Shown here: positions 1 through 9,486 of the stretch, piece after piece
Numbering within the stretch: the stretch's first letter is position 1
Layout: each line of letters begins with the position of its first letter
IMG/VR virus record: IMGVR_UViG_3300034101_004323
Coordinates: 1 to 64,000 of that record
Direction: 5' to 3' (one strand)
DNA: 64,000 nucleotides
DNA from: a virus
Made by a program: the position numbers and the translations under genes
The notes under the pieces: model-generated
What the model saw: the letters and a program-made list of their open reading frames with translations, nothing else
What the model was told of the DNA's origin: nothing
Database searches by the model: none

Positions 1-405
1 TAATCAAGGTTACCAAGGAGAACAAGGTTATCAAGGTAATGATGGTAATCAAGGTTTCCAAGGAGAACAAGGTTATCAAGGTAATGATGGTAATCAAGGT
101 TTCCAAGGAGAACAAGGTTATCAAGGTTTCCAAGGAGAACAAGGTTATCAAGGTAATGACGGTAATCAAGGTTACCAAGGAGAACAAGGTTACCAAGGCG
201 ATCAGGGTTACCAAGGTAATGACGGCAATCAAGGTTACCAAGGTGATCAGGGTTACCAAGGCGATCAGGGTTACCAAGGAGATCAAGGTTACCAAGGTAA
301 TGACGGCAATCAAGGTTACCAAGGTGATCAAGGTTACCAAGGAGATCAAGGTTATCAGGGAAATGATGGTAATCAAGGTTTCCAAGGTGACCAAGGCCCG
401 CAAGG
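1..405 (+). repeat. 9-bp-unit tandem repeat (CAAGG core) with 45-bp higher-order copies, encoding collagen triplets
   Basis: GGAGAACAAGGTTATCAAGGTAATGATGGTAATCAAGGTTTCCAA repeated with variants. Confidence 0.9.
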
Positions 406-547
406 CTCATGCCCTTCGTGTATTGTAAGCGACACAACAGGAATAACAGGAGCCAGTAATATTACAAATATTGTTCAACTTAGTCAAACTAATTATGATA
501 GTATAAGTAGTCCCGATCCAAATACATTATATATAATCAATGATTAA
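2..547 (+). CDS. Collagen-like (Gly-X-Y) fibre protein, 5'-truncated by window edge
   Basis: Frame +2 reads NQGYQGEQGYQGNDGNQGFQG... for about 135 codons, then ...SQTNYDSISSPDPNTLYIIND* (TAA 545-547). This C-terminal motif is typical of phage fibre proteins. Missing from the ORF track because there is no start codon in the window. Confidence 0.9.
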   Translation, partial: NQGYQGEQGYQGNDGNQGFQGEQGYQGNDGNQGFQGEQGYQGFQGEQGYQGNDGNQGYQGEQGYQGDQGYQGNDGNQGYQGDQGYQGDQGYQGDQGYQGNDGNQGYQGDQGYQGDQGYQGNDGNQGFQGDQGPQGSCPSCIVSDTTGITGASNITNIVQLSQTNYDSISSPDPNTLYIIND

Positions 548-556
548 GAAATCTTT

Positions 557-1177
557 ATGCCAATAGATAGCGACCTATACTTAAATAGTCTCAACATTAA
601 CTCTGCTAAATTAGGAAGTAATAATATTTCTAAAATATTTTTAGGAAATAATATAGTATATTCAACAACCTCTTTTGGTAGTTCTGGTTTTCAATGGATG
701 ACAATTAATTCTGTCACAGCAACTTCAGCATCTGGAATTGGCCAGAATGATATTACGGTGTCAATTACTCAAGACGGTGGAGGTATGAATACTCATGATG
801 GTATGTATGGAGCATCTACTTTTCCAGAACAATTTGGTATTCCAATTAGTGGAACTCAAATATTAAATAGTCAAGCAGGAATATTCACAGCAGTTTTTAG
901 CGAATCTGTTACAGATGCTTTAGTCGCATTTGCTAGTGTTGGCCAACCTGGACTACCTGTTCCTGTTATAGTATCAACACCATTTACTCCAATTTGGAGT
1001 ATGGATACAACATATCAGAGCGGAATAAATGGTACTCAATACTATCAATTTACTGGACAAGAAGGATTTAATATTATTAGAATAGACGGTACAGCAAGCA
1101 CAGTAACTTTTAATTATACAGTTCCAGAGTATTATTGTACTCTTTGCTTTGGCTTTGTTGATCAAAATACAATTTAA
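557..1177 (+). CDS. Hypothetical virion-associated/fibre accessory protein
   Basis: 206-aa ORF. N-terminal KLGSNNISKIFLGNNIVY motif is of a type commonly found next to phage fibre genes; the rest is beta-rich. Confidence 0.55.
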   Translation: MPIDSDLYLNSLNINSAKLGSNNISKIFLGNNIVYSTTSFGSSGFQWMTINSVTATSASGIGQNDITVSITQDGGGMNTHDGMYGASTFPEQFGIPISGTQILNSQAGIFTAVFSESVTDALVAFASVGQPGLPVPVIVSTPFTPIWSMDTTYQSGINGTQYYQFTGQEGFNIIRIDGTASTVTFNYTVPEYYCTLCFGFVDQNTI

Positions 1178-1250
1178 ATAGATTATCTGGACTATTCTGG
1201 ATCTGTAACTATTATATTAGATATTCAATAGTTATTCTCATGGACATATT

Positions 1251-2495
1251 ATGAAATTTTCTCTTATAACTCCCACACATAAAAATACTTCATATATACA
1301 AGAATTATATCAATCTATTACTAAACAAACCTATCAAAATTGGGAATGGATTATATATATCAATGGATCTGCAACGCATGATCATTTTAATTTTTTAACA
1401 CAAGATAATAGAGTTAAAATATATTGTGACTATTCTAATAATACTAATGTAGGATATCATAAAAACAAAGCATTTAATTTAGGTACCGGAGATATTTTAG
1501 TAGAAGTTGATCATGATGATATCTTGTTACCAAAATGTTTAGAGAAACTAAAAGAAGCATATGAGAATCATCCTGATGTTGGATTTGTATATTCTGATAA
1601 TGCTAAACTTAACGAGAACTTTAAACCGTATAACACAGCATACGGATGGAAACACCAAAAAATATCCTATAATGGAAAAAGCTTATGGGTTCCTCAATCA
1701 TTTGGAGCAACAAGTCATTCAATATCATTAATATGGTTTGCACCAGATCATGTTAGATCATGGAGAAAAGAAATTTATCATACTGTTGGTGGCCATAATA
1801 ATAACTTGTCTGTACTAGATGATCAAGAATTAATAATAAGAACATATTTAATTACTAAATTTTATCACATACCAGAACCATTATACGTTTATAGGATACA
1901 TGGAGAAAATACATGGCTAGAAAGGAATAAAGAGATACAGACAGGAACAGTACAGCTTAGGAATAAATGGATTCAAAATCTTGCAGAAAGAGATGCTCAA
2001 TTAAAAAATCTAAAAATGATAGATATAGGAGGAGGTATAGATGGTAGAAAAGGATACATATCAATTGATCAAGAGGGATCAGATATTATTTGTGACTTAA
2101 ACGATGGAATACCAATGCCAGATAATTCCTGCTATGTTGTTAATGCTAGTCATATAATAGAGCATTTACGAGATCCATATAAAACAATGAAAGAAATACA
2201 CAGAGTTTTAGCTCATGGGGGATGGGCTTTTATACAAGTACCATCAACAGACGGTAGAGGAGCATTTCAAGATCCTACACACGTTTCGTTCTGGAATCAA
2301 AATAGCTTTTGGTATTATACTAAAGAACAACAAGCCAGATATATTAGAAATAATACTATTAAATTTCAAGCTTTCAGATTAGAAACAGACTATCCTTCAG
2401 ATTGGTGGAAAATAAATAATATTCCCGTTGTTTTTGCTGATTTGATAGCAATTAAAGATCAAAATCCTAGATTTCCAGGGTTATTAGAAATATAA
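1251..2495 (+). CDS. GT2 glycosyltransferase fused to a SAM-methyltransferase-like domain
   Basis: FSLITPTH...QTYQNWEWII...VEVDHDD (GT-A DxD); C-terminal IDIGGG...SHIIEHL...EIHRVLAHGG...AFQDPTH. Confidence 0.85.
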   Translation: MKFSLITPTHKNTSYIQELYQSITKQTYQNWEWIIYINGSATHDHFNFLTQDNRVKIYCDYSNNTNVGYHKNKAFNLGTGDILVEVDHDDILLPKCLEKLKEAYENHPDVGFVYSDNAKLNENFKPYNTAYGWKHQKISYNGKSLWVPQSFGATSHSISLIWFAPDHVRSWRKEIYHTVGGHNNNLSVLDDQELIIRTYLITKFYHIPEPLYVYRIHGENTWLERNKEIQTGTVQLRNKWIQNLAERDAQLKNLKMIDIGGGIDGRKGYISIDQEGSDIICDLNDGIPMPDNSCYVVNASHIIEHLRDPYKTMKEIHRVLAHGGWAFIQVPSTDGRGAFQDPTHVSFWNQNSFWYYTKEQQARYIRNNTIKFQAFRLETDYPSDWWKINNIPVVFADLIAIKDQNPRFPGLLEI

Positions 2496-2504
2496 CCAAT
2501 CTTT

Positions 2505-2515
2505 GGTGTATTATA
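2505..2515 (+). promoter_or_regulatory. GGTGTATTATA motif, putative phage-specific promoter
   Basis: Identical 11-mer at 14598-14608 and 10-mer at 11442-11451; each lies upstream of a + strand gene block. Confidence 0.5.
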
Positions 2516-2559
2516 CTAATATGGTTAATATATCAAAACATTATTAAGGAAATCTTATA

Positions 2560-2916
2560 ATGATTAAACCTGGTTATAAAACTAGCGAATTTTGGTTTAC
2601 AGCTGTCAGTTTTATATTTAGTGGCTTATATTTAATTGGTTTGTTTGGTGAAGATAATCAGCAGAAAGAAGATTTAATTAGGGATGTTAGTCATGGTGTA
2701 GAAAGTATTATACTAATCGGTGGACAATTAGCTATATTATTTAAATATCTTAATGGTCGAAAAGAAATTAAAAAAACATTTTATTCTTCTACTAGTCCTA
2801 GTGACGTAACAGAAAATACTAAACCAAATGATCCAATTCCAGTCCCAAGTAGAAAATCTAAAAGCAGATCTAGAAAATCTAATTCAAGAAAATCAAAAAA
2901 TACTAGGAGAAGTTAA
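2560..2916 (+). CDS. Holin-like membrane protein
   Basis: KPGYKTSEFW N-terminal motif, two hydrophobic segments, highly basic C-terminal tail; AAGGA SD upstream. Confidence 0.55.
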   Translation: MIKPGYKTSEFWFTAVSFIFSGLYLIGLFGEDNQQKEDLIRDVSHGVESIILIGGQLAILFKYLNGRKEIKKTFYSSTSPSDVTENTKPNDPIPVPSRKSKSRSRKSNSRKSKNTRRS

Positions 2917-3250
2917 AACAGTAGCTATTGCGCAAGCATGGAAAATTCTCCAATTAGCAATAGCCAAAATTATACAAAATATTGAGAATAAAAGTAAAAC
3001 TCTAGCAGGAAAAGATAAAAAAGAAATAGCAATGATATTATTATCACAGTTTTACGATAGTGTTTTTATAGCTATAGATATTCCTCTTGTTCCTACTGTT
3101 GCAGAATCTATTATACATAGGTATACAAAAAGTTTTTTGATGATTTTAGTTAGCTCAAGTATAGATGCAATGGTTGCAACATTTAGAGAAATTGGTGTTT
3201 TTTCATCAAAAGATTATGTATCGTCAGTACTAGTAAATGAAGTGCCATAA
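2828..3250 (+). CDS. Hypothetical protein (helical)
   Basis: 140-aa ORF overlapping the upstream gene's basic tail; N-terminal coiled-coil character. Confidence 0.65.
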   Translation: MIQFQSQVENLKADLENLIQENQKILGEVKTVAIAQAWKILQLAIAKIIQNIENKSKTLAGKDKKEIAMILLSQFYDSVFIAIDIPLVPTVAESIIHRYTKSFLMILVSSSIDAMVATFREIGVFSSKDYVSSVLVNEVP

Positions 3251-3267
3251 ATATAAAGGAAAAACAT

Positions 3268-3630
3268 ATGAACGTTACACAAAGTTTTGAAGAATTTTCT
3301 AAAGGAATCGGTGCCATGGATTTGGCTCTTTATGCTGGTGTTGGTATGATAATTTGGATTCTATTCAAAGATAAACTGAGTCCAGTACAAACAGCCTTAC
3401 TAAAATTATTTAATAAGGATCAATTCTCTATTCCAAGTATAGACACAAAAAGCCCAATAGTAGTTTCAAAACCATCAGAAGATGTATTTTTCCAATTGGT
3501 AGCAAGCTGGAAACAAACACGAGACTTGGCTGTTAAAAGCGGATGCTCAGAAGCTATCAAGGTGGCAGATCAAATGTTTCCGCATCTATCCCCTAATGCT
3601 TGTTCATCAGATAAAGGAAAAGTTCTATGA
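3268..3630 (+). CDS. Hypothetical membrane protein
   Basis: AAGGA SD; one hydrophobic segment (LALYAGVGMIIWILF). Confidence 0.7.
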   Translation: MNVTQSFEEFSKGIGAMDLALYAGVGMIIWILFKDKLSPVQTALLKLFNKDQFSIPSIDTKSPIVVSKPSEDVFFQLVASWKQTRDLAVKSGCSEAIKVADQMFPHLSPNACSSDKGKVL

Positions 3631-4124
3631 AAGATAATAAAATTATACTATTAAGTATTGCTAGTATTCTAGTTCTTATTGGCTTAATTAAACCAGACTT
3701 TAATAAATTCTTTCCTTCATCACCAGATACTGTTTCAGTAGAAACTAACAATTTTGTTAAACCATCAGAAGATCTAAAAGATGAATCTGATGCTATAATA
3801 AATGCTTTATCTGTAGACAAGGATAGAAAACTTGATGGAAAAAGATTAGCTAGTTTGGCTGGTGATATGGCCACACTGATTGAATTAGACAATGAAAATG
3901 AAGTTATAAAAAATACAGAAGAAATTAGACAAGCAAATAGTCTTATTGGCCCAATGTTAAAATTAAATATATCTGGAAAATATCCAGATCTAAAAACTGC
4001 TTCACAAAACATGATAGTATCTGTTATTGGAGATGATAGTGTTCCATTAAATAAAGATCTAAGAAAAAAAGCTGTTATTGCTTTTAAAACTTTAGCATGG
4101 TCATATTATGAGGGTAGTAAATAA
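3627..4124 (+). CDS. Hypothetical protein with N-terminal signal/anchor
   Basis: ATGA-coupled start; IILLSIASILVLIGLI hydrophobic N-terminus. Confidence 0.7.
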   Translation: MKDNKIILLSIASILVLIGLIKPDFNKFFPSSPDTVSVETNNFVKPSEDLKDESDAIINALSVDKDRKLDGKRLASLAGDMATLIELDNENEVIKNTEEIRQANSLIGPMLKLNISGKYPDLKTASQNMIVSVIGDDSVPLNKDLRKKAVIAFKTLAWSYYEGSK

Positions 4125-5047
4125 TGTCAAGATATTCATCAGAAGAACTATATAATAATTATCGCAAAGGATTTAGTGGCTGTTTATGGGAGCAGCACGT
4201 ATTTGATCATCTAATGGAAAATAGTAAATATGCGTTATTTGGTGATGCTAATAAAAAAATTAAAAGTAGTGGAAAAGGTAAATTATCAACACCATATAAA
4301 AGTGTGTTAAAATTTGACAAAAAAGCTTATGAAGAAAGACAAACTACTGGAGATTGTGTGTCTCATGGAACACGAAACGCTTGTGATATTAGTAGAGCGG
4401 TTGAGATAGATGTCAATAATGAAAGAGAAGCATGGATAGCAAGAGGAGCAACAGAAGCAATTTATGGGGCACGAGGTCACGGCGGACAAGGAATGAGTTG
4501 CTCAAGAGCAGCTGAGTTTGTTAGCAAAAACGGAGGAATATTGTTACGCCAAAACTATAAGGGTGTAGCTGACTTTACAAAATATAATGGTAATCTCGGA
4601 GCAGGATGGGGAGGACGAGGATTGCCAGATCCTGTAATTGATCTTGCAAATGACCATCAAATTAAAACCGTTAGTCTTGTTAGAACAATTGAAGAAGCTC
4701 GTGATGCTCTTGCTAATGGTTATGGATTAGCAGTATGTTCTAATTATGGATTTTCTAATAAAAGAGATAAAAAGGGTATAGCAAATACTAGTGGTAACTG
4801 GGCTCATTGTATGGCTTGGATAGCATGTGATGATACTGGTAGTGAACCATTATTTCTTGTTCAAAATAGTTGGGGTAAATGGAATGATGGTGGTCATCCA
4901 GAATGGGGAAATATTCCTGATGGCTCTTTTCTTATTCGTGCCGAAGTTGCTGCTGGTATGCTAGCAAGTAATGGTAGTTATGCTTTTAGTAATTTTGACG
5001 GCTTTCCAGTACAAAAGCTTCCAGATTATGGATTTACATATTTATAG
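4124..5047 (+). CDS. Papain-like (C1 family) cysteine peptidase
   Basis: QTTGDCVSHG (Gln/Cys), WAHCMAW (His), LVQNSWG (Asn) catalytic motifs. Confidence 0.85.
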   Translation: MSRYSSEELYNNYRKGFSGCLWEQHVFDHLMENSKYALFGDANKKIKSSGKGKLSTPYKSVLKFDKKAYEERQTTGDCVSHGTRNACDISRAVEIDVNNEREAWIARGATEAIYGARGHGGQGMSCSRAAEFVSKNGGILLRQNYKGVADFTKYNGNLGAGWGGRGLPDPVIDLANDHQIKTVSLVRTIEEARDALANGYGLAVCSNYGFSNKRDKKGIANTSGNWAHCMAWIACDDTGSEPLFLVQNSWGKWNDGGHPEWGNIPDGSFLIRAEVAAGMLASNGSYAFSNFDGFPVQKLPDYGFTYL

Positions 5048-5059
5048 AAAGATATTATT

Positions 5060-7393
5060 ATGTCAGATGGATTCATAAGAAAAGTAGGAAATAAGTTTTA
5101 TATTAGATATTCAAATGGTGGAGTTTGGTTATACTCTCCATCTACTGGAACATCTCTTACAGAATGTCAATCTTGCTGTCCTATTCAATATTTATCTCAG
5201 TGGGAAGACCCAAATGCTGTTTGTGTAGATAAAAGGCTCGTTCATTCAATTGATTTAAAATCCCCGTACTATATTTTTAAAGGACAACCATTTAATGGAA
5301 CCATTTCGAGCATACCCAAACCAGCTCCATCATCAGCATATAATCTTTTTTGCGGAACCCCTCCTACAGCAAATATTAGTTCAAGAATAACTATTAAAAT
5401 TGCTAACGATCCAGTATTTAGTGGTGTTTACACATTTGATTATAGATATAACAAAAATCCACAATGGCAATATAATAGTTTAGAGAGCGATACATCAGTA
5501 TCAAATTATCAAGATTCGACTAATCCACTATACACTGGTGTTGGTCAAAAATTAATAAGCTTAGAAGAAACTATTTATGAACCGTCATATAAAGGATATG
5601 TTGAATATGCCACAACTGGTGCTGCTGGATCAAATTTGAGCGGAGTATACGCTTTTCCTGCTCAATTTGTATTTTCAATTGTTCAGCCCCCCACAAATGT
5701 AAATGGAATAAATGATGGATTATCTCCAGTATTACCAACAGGAAGAGGCCACAGAGCTGTTATAGGTTTTAATCCTCCTTTAAGATGGAGACATCCATAT
5801 AGCGATTGGGTAGTTGCTGATACTATTGGTCATAATATATTACCTGAAAATTATCCTGTAGGAGTAACAGGAGGAACTGCTCCATCAAAACCTTGGTATA
5901 ATACTAATTATTGTACAGGAATAGCTTCTCAACCATATTCAATTAATATTAGTGGAATAAGTGATAATCCATATGATTTATCAAGCTCCTCATCAAAAAC
6001 CCCGGTTTGCACAGATCTTTCAACTATGGGATTCTCTTATAGAACTTCTGGAGTTGGAGTTCCTTTTGATAGTTCAGCATACGGAGTTTCTATGCTGAAT
6101 CGTTGTACCGGAATCAGATCAGACTTTCATAATTATACATTCACTTATAATAGTAGCAACTATTCTCTTAATGAAACGTCATTATTTAGTCCAAAAGAAT
6201 ATTTAGAAGCATCAGTAGAATTTGATTTTTCTTGCAGAACATCAGGAACAATTTGTTCAGAATTTAATTCTTTAACTCCTGTATCAACAGGATATTCAAC
6301 AATTAGTAATAGTTGTTTTGGATCATATGTTAATGCTGACTTTATGTGTGGAGATAATTTTGCTCATCCTAGCGGAGAATATTTTACAACCGAAGGTATA
6401 GTTGATCTTAGAGTTATTTACTCTGGAATGCCATATCAGGTAGCTTCGGTTCCTCACATTTATCCTATGGTAAAAGCAACAAATTCTACTGGTAATGTTT
6501 ACAAAGCTAATAGTGGACAAATGATTTTTGTTGATTACGATGGACCAATTACTCCTGATGGTTTTAGATCGTGGATAAATTCAGATTTTAATTTTGTAAC
6601 ATTAGATATAAATAATAATATTACTATCAAATGGCCCGGAGTTGATGTATATTGGCAAATTAGGAGTGATGCTATTGTTGTTTCAGGATTAAGTCCTGAT
6701 ACTTTTGGATTCAATGGAACCTACTATCTTGCAAATGTTCTTGATAATAATAGTTATAACTTTTATTCAAAAACTGGTGGAAACAGTTTTCCTAGAATAA
6801 TGGTCGCAGGCGGAGATGTATGGGCACTATCTCAGAATGGTAGTCCTAACTATGAGCTAGGATCCGCAAGCTATCCAAGTCCACCAATAGGAAATTGGGG
6901 CAGTGGTGATGATAACATACCATCTCCAACAACAAGTTATTCTAATAAAACAGCTTGGGCACGAGTTACTCCAGAAGGTGGAGAAGGAAGTAATGTTGGA
7001 GTATATGTTTTTCAAGCAGGATCAACAGAATTTATATCTCAATATTCTTATGATTCTGATGATAATAGATATATTAGTCTTAATGACTCAAATATACAAA
7101 TGAGATTTTCTGTTGATAAATGGCAATTGGGCAAAGTTGAAACTGGCACATTCGTTGTATATTACGAATTAAGCAATGTAACGTGTGGAAATCCAAAATT
7201 TTTGAATCTTTTATTCACAGACTATAGCAGTTTTACATTAGCAAATAATACTTATGCAGCAGTAGAGATTCCTGTAACGTGTAAATCTCAACCTATTGGA
7301 CAATGGAGTGGAGCAAATCTTCCAGGAGACGGAGCAGCAGTATCTATAAAAGATCCGTTGGCTGGCGGTAGTACTGGTTCTATTAATTGTTAA
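5060..7393 (+). CDS. Large Ser/Thr/Gly/Cys-rich hypothetical protein, possibly virion-associated
   Basis: 777-aa ORF with beta-rich composition; no recognised motif. Confidence 0.6.
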   Translation: MSDGFIRKVGNKFYIRYSNGGVWLYSPSTGTSLTECQSCCPIQYLSQWEDPNAVCVDKRLVHSIDLKSPYYIFKGQPFNGTISSIPKPAPSSAYNLFCGTPPTANISSRITIKIANDPVFSGVYTFDYRYNKNPQWQYNSLESDTSVSNYQDSTNPLYTGVGQKLISLEETIYEPSYKGYVEYATTGAAGSNLSGVYAFPAQFVFSIVQPPTNVNGINDGLSPVLPTGRGHRAVIGFNPPLRWRHPYSDWVVADTIGHNILPENYPVGVTGGTAPSKPWYNTNYCTGIASQPYSINISGISDNPYDLSSSSSKTPVCTDLSTMGFSYRTSGVGVPFDSSAYGVSMLNRCTGIRSDFHNYTFTYNSSNYSLNETSLFSPKEYLEASVEFDFSCRTSGTICSEFNSLTPVSTGYSTISNSCFGSYVNADFMCGDNFAHPSGEYFTTEGIVDLRVIYSGMPYQVASVPHIYPMVKATNSTGNVYKANSGQMIFVDYDGPITPDGFRSWINSDFNFVTLDINNNITIKWPGVDVYWQIRSDAIVVSGLSPDTFGFNGTYYLANVLDNNSYNFYSKTGGNSFPRIMVAGGDVWALSQNGSPNYELGSASYPSPPIGNWGSGDDNIPSPTTSYSNKTAWARVTPEGGEGSNVGVYVFQAGSTEFISQYSYDSDDNRYISLNDSNIQMRFSVDKWQLGKVETGTFVVYYELSNVTCGNPKFLNLLFTDYSSFTLANNTYAAVEIPVTCKSQPIGQWSGANLPGDGAAVSIKDPLAGGSTGSINC

Positions 7394-7414
7394 ATTTTTT
7401 ATAAAGGTTAATTT

Positions 7415-7576
7415 ATGAAAATTCTAGATAAAATAGCTCTTAATAGATTAATTAGTATAATAAGTAATTTTATATTAAGTCTATTAAAAATATTTGCTCC
7501 TAAGTCTGTAGATAATATAGATATTCCAAAGCCTAAAAGAAAAAAAATATTACCATGGAGAGCCAAAGATGAATAA
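7415..7576 (+). CDS. 53-aa amphipathic/basic small protein (below ORF-track cutoff)
   Basis: AAAGG SD; MKILDKIALNRLISIISNFILSLLKIFAPK...KPKRKKILPWRAKDE*; fills the gap and overlaps the next start. Confidence 0.65.
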   Translation: MKILDKIALNRLISIISNFILSLLKIFAPKSVDNIDIPKPKRKKILPWRAKDE

Positions 7577-7892
7577 ATTATTAGGTTTAATTTTAATTGG
7601 TTCTGTTATTATTGGATCATCAAGCTATAAAGGATCAACAACAGCCGGAATAACCTTAATAGGTGGAATCATTAAAGCTGAACATGTTGATACTACTAAA
7701 AAACATAAAAGAAAAGACTGTCCAGTATGCAAAGGTAAAGGATGGTACATAAGCGGAGATGGTATTAAAAAGGTTGATTGTGGATATTGTGAACCAGAAG
7801 ACAAAGGATCCACAAAAGTTATAGTTCATCCTCCTGTGGTACTAGAACAAAATTGCTCAAAAGGATCATGCAAACCAATTAATGAGAGGTAA
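7569..7892 (+). CDS. Signal-anchored protein with DnaJ-type CxxCxGxG zinc finger
   Basis: Hydrophobic N-terminus; CPVCKGKG...CGYC. Confidence 0.7.
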   Translation: MNKLLGLILIGSVIIGSSSYKGSTTAGITLIGGIIKAEHVDTTKKHKRKDCPVCKGKGWYISGDGIKKVDCGYCEPEDKGSTKVIVHPPVVLEQNCSKGSCKPINER

Positions 7893-7894
7893 TT

Positions 7895-8296
7895 ATGGCG
7901 AAATCAAAAAATGAAAAACAATTAGAAACTATAGCAAAAGATGTTCTAAAAAAAGCTAATATTCCAGAAGATCAAAATTTTGGAAGTATTATCGCTATTC
8001 TTATGATGATTAGTATAATATTAACTGTTATAAGAGTTTTACAGGAATGTAATAAAAATAAAACATCTAACATGACAACACAAGAAATTGGTGGTCTATA
8101 TGGTGAAGAAATTAGATCATATAGCAGAAAAAGGGGTTGGTTCACAAGATTAAGAGTCAAGCGTATTATGCGTCAAAAATTATCAAAAGACGATTATCAT
8201 AAATATGCTATCAAGTTAACTGAAATTTTGTTAGATAAAGGAGAAACTATCACGGACGATGAAGCATTAATACTACTGGAGGCATCAAATGTTTAA
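7895..8296 (+). CDS. Hypothetical membrane protein
   Basis: GAGG SD; IIAILMMISIILTVI TM segment. Confidence 0.7.
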   Translation: MAKSKNEKQLETIAKDVLKKANIPEDQNFGSIIAILMMISIILTVIRVLQECNKNKTSNMTTQEIGGLYGEEIRSYSRKRGWFTRLRVKRIMRQKLSKDDYHKYAIKLTEILLDKGETITDDEALILLEASNV

Positions 8297-8543
8297 TTTA
8301 TTAGTCTGGTGTGTATATGGTTTATTCGTTGGTAGCATAGCAAAATCAGTTGTTCCGGGAGAAGAAAATTTTGGTTTTATTAAAACAATAGCGTTAGGAG
8401 TAGCTGGCTCATACATGGGTGGAGCAGTATTATATATGTTGGGCGAATACAGTAGTGTTAGTCCTGCGGGCATATTCATGGGAGTTGCTGGAGGAATTCT
8501 AACCCTTGTCGTATACAATAAACTCAACTCAACAACAAGATAA
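8289..8543 (+). CDS. GlsB/YeaQ/YmgE (transglycosylase-associated) family membrane protein
   Basis: WxxxGLxxGxIAKxxxPG...TIxLGVAGSxxGG...GVAGGILxL pattern, three TM segments. Confidence 0.8.
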   Translation: MFNLLVWCVYGLFVGSIAKSVVPGEENFGFIKTIALGVAGSYMGGAVLYMLGEYSSVSPAGIFMGVAGGILTLVVYNKLNSTTR

Positions 8544-9486
8544 AGTAGCAATAATACTTTGGTTATATCATATTGATCTATGGCCAGAATTTTATGGTCT
8601 ATTAAAACCATTAGCCGATAATATAGTTTTATATTTAGGACTATGTGATAGTTCGCTTTCTGATTATCCAGATATAAAACGTGATATTGATTTATTTGAT
8701 TATAGAATATATTATCAAAATAACTATGGCTGTGACGTTGCGCCATTTTTAAATCAGATCCAAATGGTGTCTGAACCAGTATTTATTAAAATACACTCTA
8801 AGAAGTCACTGTGGGGCGTCAAGAACATCATTCAGTGGAGATCTGTTTTATTGAATGGTCTCATAGGATCTAAAAAGATATTTGATAATAATATTATAAG
8901 ATTATCGGACCCAAATGTTGGAATGATCTGTAACGAAAATCTTTTACTAAAAGAAAGAGAAGGCAAGAATACTGAAATTATACAAAAAATTAGCAATATG
9001 ATAAACATGAACTATGATCATGTTGCAAACTCGTCATTTCCTGCCGGAAACATGTTCTGTTCAAAAACATCAATTTATCACAAATATTTCACTCCAGAAG
9101 TATGTGATCAATTAAACTTTTATCTAAAAAAAGAACAAGGAAAAGTAGACGATAAATCAAATGGAACATATTCTCATTCTTTAGAAAGAATATTCGGATA
9201 TATTATAAAACAAGACAATAAAATATTTAATTTTCCTGAATATGATATTATTAAGATATTAAACGATCAAGCTCCTAATGGTAAATATTTTTCTTTAATT
9301 AAAACATATAATAACCATTGCTATTTAGAAGAAGATCTTAATGCATATGGAAATATTGTTGATCAAAGACATAACGACATGACTATAGAGTGGTTTCATA
9401 TGCCAACAAAAATATATCAAAAATATAATATAATAGATAAAAATACCATAATAAGAGAAAGAAATGCAAAAAATTCAATCAGTTAA
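8506..9486 (+). CDS. RgpF-like (rhamnan synthesis F) protein; start codon uncertain
   Basis: LYHIDLW, NYGCDVAPF, KIHSKKS, FPAGNMF, HSLERIFG motifs. Confidence 0.75.
   Translation: MSYTINSTQQQDKVAIILWLYHIDLWPEFYGLLKPLADNIVLYLGLCDSSLSDYPDIKRDIDLFDYRIYYQNNYGCDVAPFLNQIQMVSEPVFIKIHSKKSLWGVKNIIQWRSVLLNGLIGSKKIFDNNIIRLSDPNVGMICNENLLLKEREGKNTEIIQKISNMINMNYDHVANSSFPAGNMFCSKTSIYHKYFTPEVCDQLNFYLKKEQGKVDDKSNGTYSHSLERIFGYIIKQDNKIFNFPEYDIIKILNDQAPNGKYFSLIKTYNNHCYLEEDLNAYGNIVDQRHNDMTIEWFHMPTKIYQKYNIIDKNTIIRERNAKNSIS

Noticed and set aside
1-405. Possible CRISPR array
   Set aside because: Repeats are contiguous 9-bp coding units with no unique spacers.
39-428. ORF-track 129-aa MMVIKVSKENKVIKV... protein
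   Set aside because: Shadow frame of the collagen repeat; frame +2 gives Gly-X-Y and a sensible C-terminal domain.
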